Source: a virus. Taken from it: a stretch of 64,000 nt of DNA. The stretch covers positions 12,476-76,475 of IMG/VR virus record IMGVR_UViG_3300002131_000176. One strand, written 5' to 3'. The notes beneath the pieces were generated by a model that did no database searches, was not told the origin of the DNA, and worked only from the letters and a program-made list of their open reading frames with translations. Shown here piece after piece: positions 1 through 9,401 of the stretch (positions within the stretch are counted from its first letter, which is position 1; each line of letters opens with the position of its first letter). The translations under genes and the position numbers were made by a program.

Positions 1-2
1 AC

Positions 3-734
3 GGCAAAAATTCACAATTGCCTTTAGTGATGGGATCAATCCCAAAAATAGAATCATTAAGCGCCGCGGCCACAGCAGAAAGAAAAGTACTTGATATAAC
101 AACTGGAAATGTAAAACCAGAAACCCAAACGGGCACTTCACTTACGGGAGCAGATCTACCTTCTTTAGACAATAGCTCTTATGTAAAACCTGTGTCAGCA
201 GTTGGCGCACCACCGACAGTACAATTAAATTCTAATGGACGCAAGACGTACCTGCAATGCCCTATTGATGAAAAATTACCTGGTCAATCTAATTCTGAAA
301 AGGCATTTACTTTTTTCTTAACACCAGAAGGTGGTGGGTACACGCCAATGCAATCGGCAGGTATTGTTGGAAACTTATTACAAGAGTCAGGTTTTGGTGG
401 AGATATACAACCGGCGATTGTAAATTCGATTGGTGCAACCGGTATTGCTCAATGGTTAAATACCAAATGGGAGAACCGAAGAGATAATATGAAAAACTTT
501 GCGGCTGAAAGAAACATTCCTTGGTTCAGTGTAATTGCACAATGTTTATTCATTAAATATGAACTTGATACATATGGTTACTTTGGTAAAAAAGGCATAT
601 TAAATTCTAGAACCGTAGATGAAGCTGCAGAAATATTTTGTCTTAAATATGAAAGACCTGGAGCGCATGAAGCCAACATACCAAAACGTCAGAAATATGC
701 AAGAGAACTTCTTGAGAAAATGGATTACTCATAA
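3..734 (+). CDS. gp5: 5'-truncated gp5-like N-terminal part (end of OB-fold) fused to a phage tail lysozyme domain
   Basis: Frame is open from base 3 (GKNSQLPLVMGSIP, resembling the end of the gp5 OB-fold). C-terminal domain has GIVGNLLQESG, GIAQW and YERPG, typical of phage tail lysozymes. The true start lies upstream of the window. Confidence 0.7.
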   Translation, partial: GKNSQLPLVMGSIPKIESLSAAATAERKVLDITTGNVKPETQTGTSLTGADLPSLDNSSYVKPVSAVGAPPTVQLNSNGRKTYLQCPIDEKLPGQSNSEKAFTFFLTPEGGGYTPMQSAGIVGNLLQESGFGGDIQPAIVNSIGATGIAQWLNTKWENRRDNMKNFAAERNIPWFSVIAQCLFIKYELDTYGYFGKKGILNSRTVDEAAEIFCLKYERPGAHEANIPKRQKYARELLEKMDYS

Positions 735-3361
735 TGGCTGAATACGATAGAGAAGAGGATATACGCAAGGTAATTGCTAGTAACCCTGGCATGACACGCG
801 CTGAGGCCGAGGCGCAGATCGATAGAAATTCGAACTTAAACAATAGCTTAACTGGTGCAGCGTCAGGCCTTTTTAGCAAGGATAAGTTTAATTTAGATTT
901 AGGCGCAATTGTTAAGAAAGTAAATGCAAAATCTTTACAAAACACTGGCGATACTGCAATAGCCGATCGAGAGGCAACACAAGGTTCTGTGCTTGGTACA
1001 AAGATTGGTGAGACTGCAGGTGGTTTTAAATCACTTACAACAAGTACAGATGAAGGCGAGACCGTCACGTCACAGCCGTCGCTCGTAATGATGACTGTAG
1101 CCGCTGATGGTGATGGTATTACTGTTACTAGAACGTCAGGTAAAACAACCGAGATTACAACACTAACTGGTAAGACTGCATCAAACGGGTTTTTAACAGC
1201 AACCGTAACTCAAGGTTCACCTAAAGGGATTGAAAAGACTTTAACTGCAACCGTTGGCGCAACACCAGAAGCAATTAAAACAAAGATGAAGGCAACATCG
1301 TCTAACGGCGAAGTTGCTGAACAAAATTTTAATGTGAATATTTCCGAAAAAGTGGCAACTAATGTCACGGAAGTAACTCAAAAGAATAACGATAATCTTG
1401 CTAATCCTTTTGGCGCGCTATCTAGTGCATTCAGCGGTGCTGCTGGCAATCCATTTGCTAACATATTAGGCAATGTTGGTGGTCTCATTGCAGGGGTATT
1501 AAAGAAAGGTCAATTTAACGCGAACACGACAGATGTTGGGTCGGTTGCATCGAAACCTGCTTTAGTTAATGTTGATACATCACAGACGATAGTTGATTCA
1601 ACACAGGCCCAACGTAATTTTTCATTAAATAAATCGCTGACTGCATTTGCCTCAAAAGCGTTAGGCGTTAACTTACCAGTACCTACATTACCTGGAGCGG
1701 TGCCATCCATTCCAGGCGGATTTCCTGGTGCTGGTTCAATACCTAATATAGGTGCAAAAACACAAATAGATCCTAACAACTTTAAGTTAACAACTGAGCT
1801 ACCTAAGTTAGAACCTGTGGAGATTGTTAAGCAAGATGGAAGTACTAATTTATCAAAAGCAATTGATAAAAGCGCACTTACATCACCAAGTGTTAAATCA
1901 ACAATACCTTCTACAAAACTTGATAACAGCGAAGCATTAAAATCGTTTAACGGTGTTGATGAACTGCCTAGAGATTATTTTACTTATGTAAATTCAAAGG
2001 AAGAGCTTGAAGCAGAAATACGGACCATTTCGGCCAAAAGACCTATTACAGCTTTTATAGTAGGTGCTACCAACACACCACTAAATGTAAGTAATTATGC
2101 AGATGTTATGCATAATGCACAGGTTAGAATTTATAATACATCTGCATATCTTAAAAAACTTGGTGATCGTTTAGGTAATAGTGATACAACATTTCTAAAG
2201 GATTTCGTTGCAAAACACGGTGGTACTCAGGTTCATTATTATATTAGAAGAGATGGTAGTCTACAAAGAGGACGTCCATTAATCACTCCAGTCTGGGATG
2301 GCGGTAATAAAATTAGAAAGGGTTTTACCACCAGGCTTATCACAATTGATTTCGTGGGTGGCTTAGACTTAGATCAGCCAATTGATAAAAGTGTAAATAG
2401 AGATCTGTATCGTTCATCCCAAAAATATACACCTAAGCAATGGGAAACATTTGAGATGTTTTGCAAAGCATTTGAGGCCGCAATACCAGGTGGCGAAGGT
2501 ATTGGATATATCGATACATACACCGATGGTGTCCCAGATAAACCGGTATTTGGACAACCGTTCTTTGATGTAAGGGAATGGACGAATACACGTTTTGGTT
2601 GGGAAACATCATATACTGGTAATTATGAGCTGAACAAACGTATTGAAGATGAACTAGGTGTGTTGCTACCTACTGAATTAAATAATGCGATACCTGCTAA
2701 GATTATAAAACCCACAATTACTCCGGTTGTAACAAAGCCTGTAGCGCCTCCTAAAAAACCGGCAGACCCTGAGACTGGTGAAAAACCAAAGCCAACTTTT
2801 GTTGAATCAAAAAATTGTGAAGATAACATGGAAATGTGGTCTAAGCAAATAGAAAGCAAAATAGATGAAAAAGGTGCAATAAGTACTAGAATTAGTAGAA
2901 GAGCAAGCGGTTTAGATGTAAATGGAAAGTATATCGGTAAAGGTGATCCAGCAGAAATAGCTGCAGCACGGGCAATAGACGATGCAAAATACAAACAACT
3001 CGGTGATGAAATTGCAGAATTAGAAAAGAAGTTTGCCGAATGTGATGCAACACTTACAGAAGAAACACCTAACAAAGAACCTATTAAGAAATTCGAATCT
3101 GCAAGTGAAGAACGCACCAATCGAAATAAAGTCAGGAAAGAATTCTTGTATTTAACCGCTAAGAAAAATAGATTAGAAGGTGATAGGTTTTTTGCACAAC
3201 AACCTGGCGCTTCTAAAGTTGGAGTATTATCTGATAGCGAATACGCTAATCAATTGGCATCATTGGAATCACAAATTTTGGCAAAAAGAGATGAATTAAA
3301 ACAAGCTAACACCAAACTTGATGCGGCTGAAAAGAATCAACAAGATCAAAATAATAGGTAA
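734..3361 (+). CDS. Large baseplate-hub-associated protein with degenerate N-acetylmuramoyl-L-alanine amidase-like domain, Pro-rich linkers and coiled-coil C-terminus
   Basis: HYYIRRDGSLQRGRP, ITIDFVGG, QWETFEMFCKAF and PFFDV match the T7-lysozyme/Amidase_2 pattern, but the Zn-ligand His positions appear replaced. TAATG-coupled to the upstream gene. Confidence 0.55.
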   Translation: MAEYDREEDIRKVIASNPGMTRAEAEAQIDRNSNLNNSLTGAASGLFSKDKFNLDLGAIVKKVNAKSLQNTGDTAIADREATQGSVLGTKIGETAGGFKSLTTSTDEGETVTSQPSLVMMTVAADGDGITVTRTSGKTTEITTLTGKTASNGFLTATVTQGSPKGIEKTLTATVGATPEAIKTKMKATSSNGEVAEQNFNVNISEKVATNVTEVTQKNNDNLANPFGALSSAFSGAAGNPFANILGNVGGLIAGVLKKGQFNANTTDVGSVASKPALVNVDTSQTIVDSTQAQRNFSLNKSLTAFASKALGVNLPVPTLPGAVPSIPGGFPGAGSIPNIGAKTQIDPNNFKLTTELPKLEPVEIVKQDGSTNLSKAIDKSALTSPSVKSTIPSTKLDNSEALKSFNGVDELPRDYFTYVNSKEELEAEIRTISAKRPITAFIVGATNTPLNVSNYADVMHNAQVRIYNTSAYLKKLGDRLGNSDTTFLKDFVAKHGGTQVHYYIRRDGSLQRGRPLITPVWDGGNKIRKGFTTRLITIDFVGGLDLDQPIDKSVNRDLYRSSQKYTPKQWETFEMFCKAFEAAIPGGEGIGYIDTYTDGVPDKPVFGQPFFDVREWTNTRFGWETSYTGNYELNKRIEDELGVLLPTELNNAIPAKIIKPTITPVVTKPVAPPKKPADPETGEKPKPTFVESKNCEDNMEMWSKQIESKIDEKGAISTRISRRASGLDVNGKYIGKGDPAEIAAARAIDDAKYKQLGDEIAELEKKFAECDATLTEETPNKEPIKKFESASEERTNRNKVRKEFLYLTAKKNRLEGDRFFAQQPGASKVGVLSDSEYANQLASLESQILAKRDELKQANTKLDAAEKNQQDQNNR

Positions 3362-3366
3362 ACATT

Positions 3367-4695
3367 ATGGCTGATATAGAAGTAACAACACCTGAAAACG
3401 TAGAAAACCCTAATGATGGTTTTACCGATACTAATGCCGAATATCCTTATAGATCATACATAAATGTTGCATCAACAAACGAGGCAGCACGCGGTTATAA
3501 AATCAATAGAGTATACACAGGCGGTGGTTACAAAAACATATCGCTAGATTTAAAACCACTGGCACCATCAGGTTATCCTAATAACCAGGTAACACAAACT
3601 GCCAGTGGTCATATCACAGAGTATGACGATACACCAGGTTCTGAAAGAATTTTAATTCGACATCGCACGGGTTCTGGCGTAGAGATGAGATCAGATGGTA
3701 CAATGATCTTTAGTTCAGTAGGCAATACTGTGCGAGTTACTTGCCATGATGAAAAGGTAATCGTCGATGGTGATGGTGAATTGGTTTACAATGGTAACTT
3801 ATCACTACAAGTTGCTGGTAACTTTGACCTCGTCGTCGGTGGTGACTTTAACGTCACAACGGGTGGTAATAATAATGAAGAGATTCGTGGGTCACATAAG
3901 AAAATAGTCCGTAAAACACAAAAAACAGTTATTACAGAACACCAATCTACGTTTATTGGCGGTGAGCAAACTGAAACTATTTTAGGTAGTGCGAATAAAA
4001 TCATCAAGGGTGATACCAAACAAATCGTTGAGGGTGGATTTGAGTTGTACAGTGGCGATGAGTTTATGATTACTGCTGAAAACGTTGCAAGCATATCTTC
4101 GCCTAACATCAATATTGGCGCTGAAAGTTTGACGGTTATTGGAGACACTGGCACTATTGGTGGTGACAACGTTATCCACTATGGTAAATCATATTGGGGT
4201 GAAACATTCCATGGCACATTAAACGGCAAAGCAGATCAAGCTGCTTTGGCTGATTTAGCAACTGGCGCAAACATCGCTGGCGGCCTCGGTGCTCCAGGTT
4301 CTGCAAATTATCCCACACATGATACAACAGCTACAGTCGAACCCACCGCAGATATTATGGATGATTATTTGCATAAATCATCATTTGGCGTAAAGGAAGT
4401 TTCGATTGATCCAGGTGATGTACTAAAAGATACTATAGATAAAACTAATGAATACGGTGGCGTCGCAAATAGAGAACTTACAGTATCTGAAGTTAGATCT
4501 AAACTAAGAGATAAAAATACATTGGCTAATTCTAAATTTATTGGTGCTATGATTGCTGAGGGTAAATTAAACCCTGCATATATTCAAGCAGCACCGAGTA
4601 AAATTGGCCGCACCGTAAGCCTTGATGCATCGCCGCAAAGAGGTTCTATCGCCATCGGTAACAGAGGTGATTTGACAAAGAGGTATAGCAAATGA
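3367..4695 (+). CDS. gp5: gp5 C-terminal beta-helix (puncturing needle) protein encoded as a separate gene
   Basis: YPNNQVTQTASGHITEYDDTPGSERILIRHRTGSGVEM followed by V/I-x-G repeats typical of the gp5 triple beta-helix; no OB-fold at the N-terminus. Confidence 0.8.
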   Translation: MADIEVTTPENVENPNDGFTDTNAEYPYRSYINVASTNEAARGYKINRVYTGGGYKNISLDLKPLAPSGYPNNQVTQTASGHITEYDDTPGSERILIRHRTGSGVEMRSDGTMIFSSVGNTVRVTCHDEKVIVDGDGELVYNGNLSLQVAGNFDLVVGGDFNVTTGGNNNEEIRGSHKKIVRKTQKTVITEHQSTFIGGEQTETILGSANKIIKGDTKQIVEGGFELYSGDEFMITAENVASISSPNINIGAESLTVIGDTGTIGGDNVIHYGKSYWGETFHGTLNGKADQAALADLATGANIAGGLGAPGSANYPTHDTTATVEPTADIMDDYLHKSSFGVKEVSIDPGDVLKDTIDKTNEYGGVANRELTVSEVRSKLRDKNTLANSKFIGAMIAEGKLNPAYIQAAPSKIGRTVSLDASPQRGSIAIGNRGDLTKRYSK

Positions 4696-5291
4696 TCATT
4701 AACCCAGATGCTGCGTACAACCCAGTCAACCAATCGGTTATTACGGCACGTACACGACTAGCACCCGGCATTAGCATGGGTAGGTTTTTAGGTGGTTATG
4801 GCGATAAACAAACCATGAACCATATTATTGATACATCACAAAGGCTAAAGTTAGCAAAGCAATATTATTTACAAGCGCAGGTAGTAAAAATTATTGCTGA
4901 AAATGTTGGAGGTAAGTTTGCTGATTATAGATTAACTGTTGCTGAGGGTTTATATCGGCCTGCGCCAGGAGAAGTGCTTAATATTGGAAGTACCAATAGC
5001 CTCATGGCAAATGGGCAATGTGTAGTATACGAACTTATTGATGAGGACGGTAACAATGCTCCAGAAAAAACATTTGATCTAGCAGTATTTTTAAAAGACC
5101 ATATTGAGTTTGAAAAACTTATTTTAGATTATGATTCCTATGATCCAAATGGTGAATTAAATGCTCAGATAGCTATTGTTATGCCAGAAATTATTGCTCC
5201 TTGGATTGTGAAATATGAAAATAAAATCGAAACAACCTTTAATAATTACGTACAAAGCACAAATGAGCTAGTAGAAATACTAGAAATCTAA
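4692..5291 (+). CDS. Degenerate peptidase M15-like (Hedgehog/DD-peptidase fold) protein
   Basis: EGLYRP resembles SGYR-x-P and FEKLILDY...AQIAIV resembles FDQLILE...WIHVS; catalytic His residues not evident; sits immediately before gp25. Confidence 0.4.
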   Translation: MIINPDAAYNPVNQSVITARTRLAPGISMGRFLGGYGDKQTMNHIIDTSQRLKLAKQYYLQAQVVKIIAENVGGKFADYRLTVAEGLYRPAPGEVLNIGSTNSLMANGQCVVYELIDEDGNNAPEKTFDLAVFLKDHIEFEKLILDYDSYDPNGELNAQIAIVMPEIIAPWIVKYENKIETTFNNYVQSTNELVEILEI

Positions 5292-5303
5292 TAAATACTA
5301 TCT

Positions 5304-5747
5304 ATGGTTACAAAAGCTTTTTCAATCGAAGACGGAAATACTTCTACGCGGTCTATATTAGTAGCGCGTAAAAGAGAATATAAGGATATTGATTTATCCT
5401 TTACACCTAAAACAACCGGCGAGATTTATAAAAAAACAAATGCTGCGGCTGTAAAGCAAGCGGTTAAAAATCTATTGCTTACAAATAGAACTGAAAAGCC
5501 GTTTGAACCTTATTACGGTGGCGAATTAAATAAATTTTTATTCGAATTGTCATCAGAGTTTGATGAGCAAGATATTAAAGATCACATCGTTCTTGCAATT
5601 GAAAACTATGAACCAAGAGCGCGAGTATTAGATATACAGGTTTATATTTTTCCAGATTCATACGAAGTAAAAGTGACGGTAGTATTTGAAATTGTAGCAA
5701 CATCAGAAATAACTTCCGTTGAAGTTTCATTAGCAAGGACACGGTAA
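5304..5747 (+). CDS. gp25: Baseplate wedge subunit gp25
   Basis: YKDIDLSF, AVKQAVKNLLLTN...EKPFEP.YG, IENYEPRA motifs; located before gp6. Confidence 0.93.
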   Translation: MVTKAFSIEDGNTSTRSILVARKREYKDIDLSFTPKTTGEIYKKTNAAAVKQAVKNLLLTNRTEKPFEPYYGGELNKFLFELSSEFDEQDIKDHIVLAIENYEPRARVLDIQVYIFPDSYEVKVTVVFEIVATSEITSVEVSLARTR

Positions 5748-7586
5748 ATGGCATCGGAATCCACCATTAAATCATCAGATTTAGACTTTAACACAATTAA
5801 AGCAAACCTGACTTCTTATTTTAAACAGCAAGGTGAATTTGCTGATTATGATTTTGAAGCCTCTGGCTTATCTAACATATTAGATGTTTTAGCATATAAT
5901 ACACATTTAAATGGCCTAATCGCAAACTTTGCATTAAATGAGACATTTCTAAACTCATCTCAGTTGAGATCATCAGTGGTATCACATGCAGAAATGCTTG
6001 GCTACTCACCAAGATCAAAAACTTCATCAAAGGCTAGTGTTAATTTAAATGTGCTTATTACAGCTGGCACACGGCCTAATACAATTTCGCTTCCAGCCTT
6101 TAGCAAATTTAATACATCCATTGAAGGTAGTTCATACGTTTTCCAAACACTAGAAAATTATATTGCCACGGATGATGGCTCTGGTGAGTATGTATTTGTG
6201 GATGAGAATAATAATCCAAATTTGACAATTGCTGAAGGTGTGTTGCGCACAAAAACGTTTATTGTCGGAGATGTCACAGATCAACAAGTGTATGTGATAC
6301 CTGATAAAGATATTGATACAGAGACCGTTACGGTAAACGTGTATGACGCAACAACAAGCACACGATTTACTACGTATACTAATTTAAATAAAGCAATTAG
6401 AATTGATGCGGCAAGTTATTTTTACCAAGTGAAAGAAGTACCGAATGGCTATTTCGAACTAAATTTTGGCGATGGCAGCGTTTTAGGCAATACACCATCG
6501 GTTGGAAACATGATTGTTGTATCGTATCTAGCATCATCTGGGAATGAAGCCAATGGCGCAGATGTTTTTAATTCGCAGGCAGATATAAGCGTTGGAGGTA
6601 TAGAATATCCGATCTCTGTAACAACACTCGCAGCATCAACTGGTGGTAGTATTGGTGAAAATATTACATCAATCAAACAAAATGCATCACTTGCCTTTGC
6701 TTCACAGCAGCGTATGGTTACAGCCGAAGATTATAGAGCCCAGATATTAACTAATTATTCATCATCTATTTCCGATGTAACTGCTTGGGGTGGACAGGAT
6801 AATACACCACCTATTTACGGTAGAACATATGTAGGCCTAAAGTTTAATGACGGCGTCACTAATGCTCAGAAACAAGTAATTAAAGATTCGATTGTTACTA
6901 ATCTAACTAATAACTTGGCGATTATGTCTATTGATACTGTTTTCGCTGATCCTGTAGTTGTATATCTAGAACTTACTACTCGATTTAATTTTGACCCAGA
7001 TCTAACTAATCTTACTGTCAGAACAACAGAGTCTAGCGTGACAGCTATAATTCAGAAGTACTTTAACGAAGAGCTAAAGAAATTTGGTGCAGTATTTAGA
7101 AGATCATCAGTGCTAACATGGATTGACACTGTAAGTAAAGCCGTTCTTAACTCTAGGATGGCCGTTAAAATGCAATTAAGAATTGCTCCAACATTTGGCG
7201 CGTTGAATAACTTTGTCTTATCATATCCTGTGGCAATAGCAGAACCAAACGTAGTTACCGCGTCAGTAACATCATCAAGGTTTACTTTTTTAGGACAAAC
7301 TGCTATAATCAGCAACAGGCTTGGTACAAATATTTTACAGATACAAACAATCGCCGGCAATGTGCTTTTAGACAACGTCGGCGATTATACTGCAAGTACA
7401 GGTACTATCGCACTAGTTGGTTTTAACCCGGAAGCTGCAGTAAATGATATCATTAAAGTTTCAGCAGTACCAGGTAATGAGTCTACAATTAGACCGTTGA
7501 GAAATTATATTATAGACATTGATAATGGTCTTTCATTTGCTAAGGCTCAAATTGATTATCAAAATACTAATGTCGCTCTCTCATGA
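5748..7586 (+). CDS. gp6: Baseplate wedge subunit gp6
   Basis: DLDFNTIKANL, FADYDFEASGLSNILDVLAYNTH, QQRMVTAEDY, AWGG...PPIYG motifs. Confidence 0.95.
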   Translation: MASESTIKSSDLDFNTIKANLTSYFKQQGEFADYDFEASGLSNILDVLAYNTHLNGLIANFALNETFLNSSQLRSSVVSHAEMLGYSPRSKTSSKASVNLNVLITAGTRPNTISLPAFSKFNTSIEGSSYVFQTLENYIATDDGSGEYVFVDENNNPNLTIAEGVLRTKTFIVGDVTDQQVYVIPDKDIDTETVTVNVYDATTSTRFTTYTNLNKAIRIDAASYFYQVKEVPNGYFELNFGDGSVLGNTPSVGNMIVVSYLASSGNEANGADVFNSQADISVGGIEYPISVTTLAASTGGSIGENITSIKQNASLAFASQQRMVTAEDYRAQILTNYSSSISDVTAWGGQDNTPPIYGRTYVGLKFNDGVTNAQKQVIKDSIVTNLTNNLAIMSIDTVFADPVVVYLELTTRFNFDPDLTNLTVRTTESSVTAIIQKYFNEELKKFGAVFRRSSVLTWIDTVSKAVLNSRMAVKMQLRIAPTFGALNNFVLSYPVAIAEPNVVTASVTSSRFTFLGQTAIISNRLGTNILQIQTIAGNVLLDNVGDYTASTGTIALVGFNPEAAVNDIIKVSAVPGNESTIRPLRNYIIDIDNGLSFAKAQIDYQNTNVALS

Positions 7587-8536
7587 TAAATGCAGCAGAA
7601 GATTTAGATAGAAGAAATTTAAGTTTCTCTCAAAGTAAAATACGAGAGGTACTACCAGAGTACTATGAAGAATCGTATCCTAATTTACTGTTGTTTCTAG
7701 AAAAATACTATGAGTATTTAGAAGGCGAGAATAAAGATTCTTTTAAGACGCAGATTAACAACTTGTTCCTGTCAAGAGATCCAGCGCAGGCGGATAAGGA
7801 AAGCCTAGATTTTCTAATTCAGGAATTTGGTAATGGTCTGAAATCGTCTAGCTTCTTTGACAATCCAAGGTTGATGTCTACTCTATTAGCTAAGTTTTAT
7901 AGAGTAAAAGGTTCTCTTGCTGCTCTTGAAGGTTTTTTTAGAGGTTTTTTTGGCGAAAACGCCAGTGTCGAATACCCAAAAAGAGACCTATTTACAGTAG
8001 GCGATTCAAAAATAGGCTATGAATCATTAAAGTTTATTCAGAATGATGCCTTGTATCAAACCTTTTCTATACTAATTAAGACAGCATTTGCAACAGGGGA
8101 TTGGCGCGATTTATATTTAAAATTTGTACATCCGGCAGGATTTTATTTTGAAGGCCAAGTTGTAATTCAATCTGAAACAAATTTTAATGTAGCTAGTTTT
8201 AGCGAAAATCCATTAGCAGTACCTGTAGCATCTTTGGTTTTGGCATCAGAAGGTTTCATTACATTAAATACGACATTCACTCAAACCACTGCGTTGTGGG
8301 ATTCAAATGGTGATACATTAGCTGATTATAGATTTGATATGTCCAAGGTCGTTAGTACATTTGCTGGCCTAACATCACTAGAACTAGACGGATTTTATCC
8401 TAATCTTTCTGGTATGCTCAATCCAAACTCATTTACGTTTGATGATTCAGCTACAGTTCGACCTGATTTCTCATTAACTTTAGAAACAATGGACAAGGAT
8501 ATGTTTACTCGTTACACCAGCGATTCAACTTATTAG
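7583..8536 (+). CDS. gp7: Baseplate wedge initiator gp7-like (short form)
   Basis: LPEYY...FLEKYYEYLE, FYRVKGS, FVHPAGF motifs; follows gp6. Confidence 0.8.
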   Translation: MINAAEDLDRRNLSFSQSKIREVLPEYYEESYPNLLLFLEKYYEYLEGENKDSFKTQINNLFLSRDPAQADKESLDFLIQEFGNGLKSSSFFDNPRLMSTLLAKFYRVKGSLAALEGFFRGFFGENASVEYPKRDLFTVGDSKIGYESLKFIQNDALYQTFSILIKTAFATGDWRDLYLKFVHPAGFYFEGQVVIQSETNFNVASFSENPLAVPVASLVLASEGFITLNTTFTQTTALWDSNGDTLADYRFDMSKVVSTFAGLTSLELDGFYPNLSGMLNPNSFTFDDSATVRPDFSLTLETMDKDMFTRYTSDSTY

Positions 8537-8544
8537 TATAAATA
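8537..8544 (+). promoter_or_regulatory. T4-type late promoter TATAAATA
   Basis: Exact TATAAATA about 30 nt upstream of the ORF at 8574. Confidence 0.8.
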
Positions 8545-8573
8545 TAAATTGATTTATCTAAACGGAATAAGAT

Positions 8574-9389
8574 ATGACTAGAAAAAATATTAATGTAGGC
8601 ACCACAGCCAACGATGGCACAGGTGATACATTGCGCACTGTTGGCCAGAAAATTAATGATAACTTTATAGAAATTTTCAACTGGATCGGTGATAGTAATT
8701 CGCTTAATTCACAAATTTCCTTAGAGGATAGTGCGATTGCGTTTGAAGGTTCTAGTACAGATGATTTTGAAACACGGTTAGCCGTGGTTAACCCTACTGC
8801 CGATAGAGTTATTCTATTGCCAGATGCTGGTGGTACAATTGTAGTCACCTCGGCAACACAGACACTAACAAATAAAACACTAACCAGCCCCAATATTAGT
8901 GCGCCCACAATTACTGCGCCAACTATTAACGATGCAAACAGCAATGAGTTAATTAAGTTTACAAGCATTGCATCGGCAGTAAATGAAATTACAGTTTCAA
9001 ATAATTCGACCGGCAATCCGGTTATAGTTAGTGCCACAGGTGGTGATACTAATATTAACATGAGACTTGATGCAAAAGGCACTGGAGCTATTCGTGTGAG
9101 TAAGGTGGCATTCTCATCTACTGAAATTACAGCCAATGGTGCGGCATCGGCGACCACATCATATATCATTTGTAATAAAGCTACTGCGCTGGCAGTTACT
9201 TTAGCAAATGGTACAACAATCGGTGAATCTAAAATCTTTACTAACAAGGGTGTTGGTATCGCAACAATTACTCCAGCAAGTTTTGCTCAAGGCACTACAT
9301 TCGCCTTGGATCAATATGATGCAGCAACACTTGTATGGGATGGCACTAATTGGTATGTGTCTGGGCATTACGGCGCAACAATAGCATAA
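8574..9389 (+). CDS. gp9/gp10-like baseplate wedge / fibre connector
   Basis: N-terminal INVGTTANDGTGDTLR...KINDNF motif shared with T4 gp9/gp10. Confidence 0.75.
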   Translation: MTRKNINVGTTANDGTGDTLRTVGQKINDNFIEIFNWIGDSNSLNSQISLEDSAIAFEGSSTDDFETRLAVVNPTADRVILLPDAGGTIVVTSATQTLTNKTLTSPNISAPTITAPTINDANSNELIKFTSIASAVNEITVSNNSTGNPVIVSATGGDTNINMRLDAKGTGAIRVSKVAFSSTEITANGAASATTSYIICNKATALAVTLANGTTIGESKIFTNKGVGIATITPASFAQGTTFALDQYDAATLVWDGTNWYVSGHYGATIA

Positions 9390-9401
9390 TAGGAAACAAA
9401 A

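Noticed and set aside
732-736. Programmed frameshift fusing the lysozyme ORF to the 875-aa ORF
   Set aside because: The TAATG overlap is ordinary translational coupling; no slippery heptamer seen.
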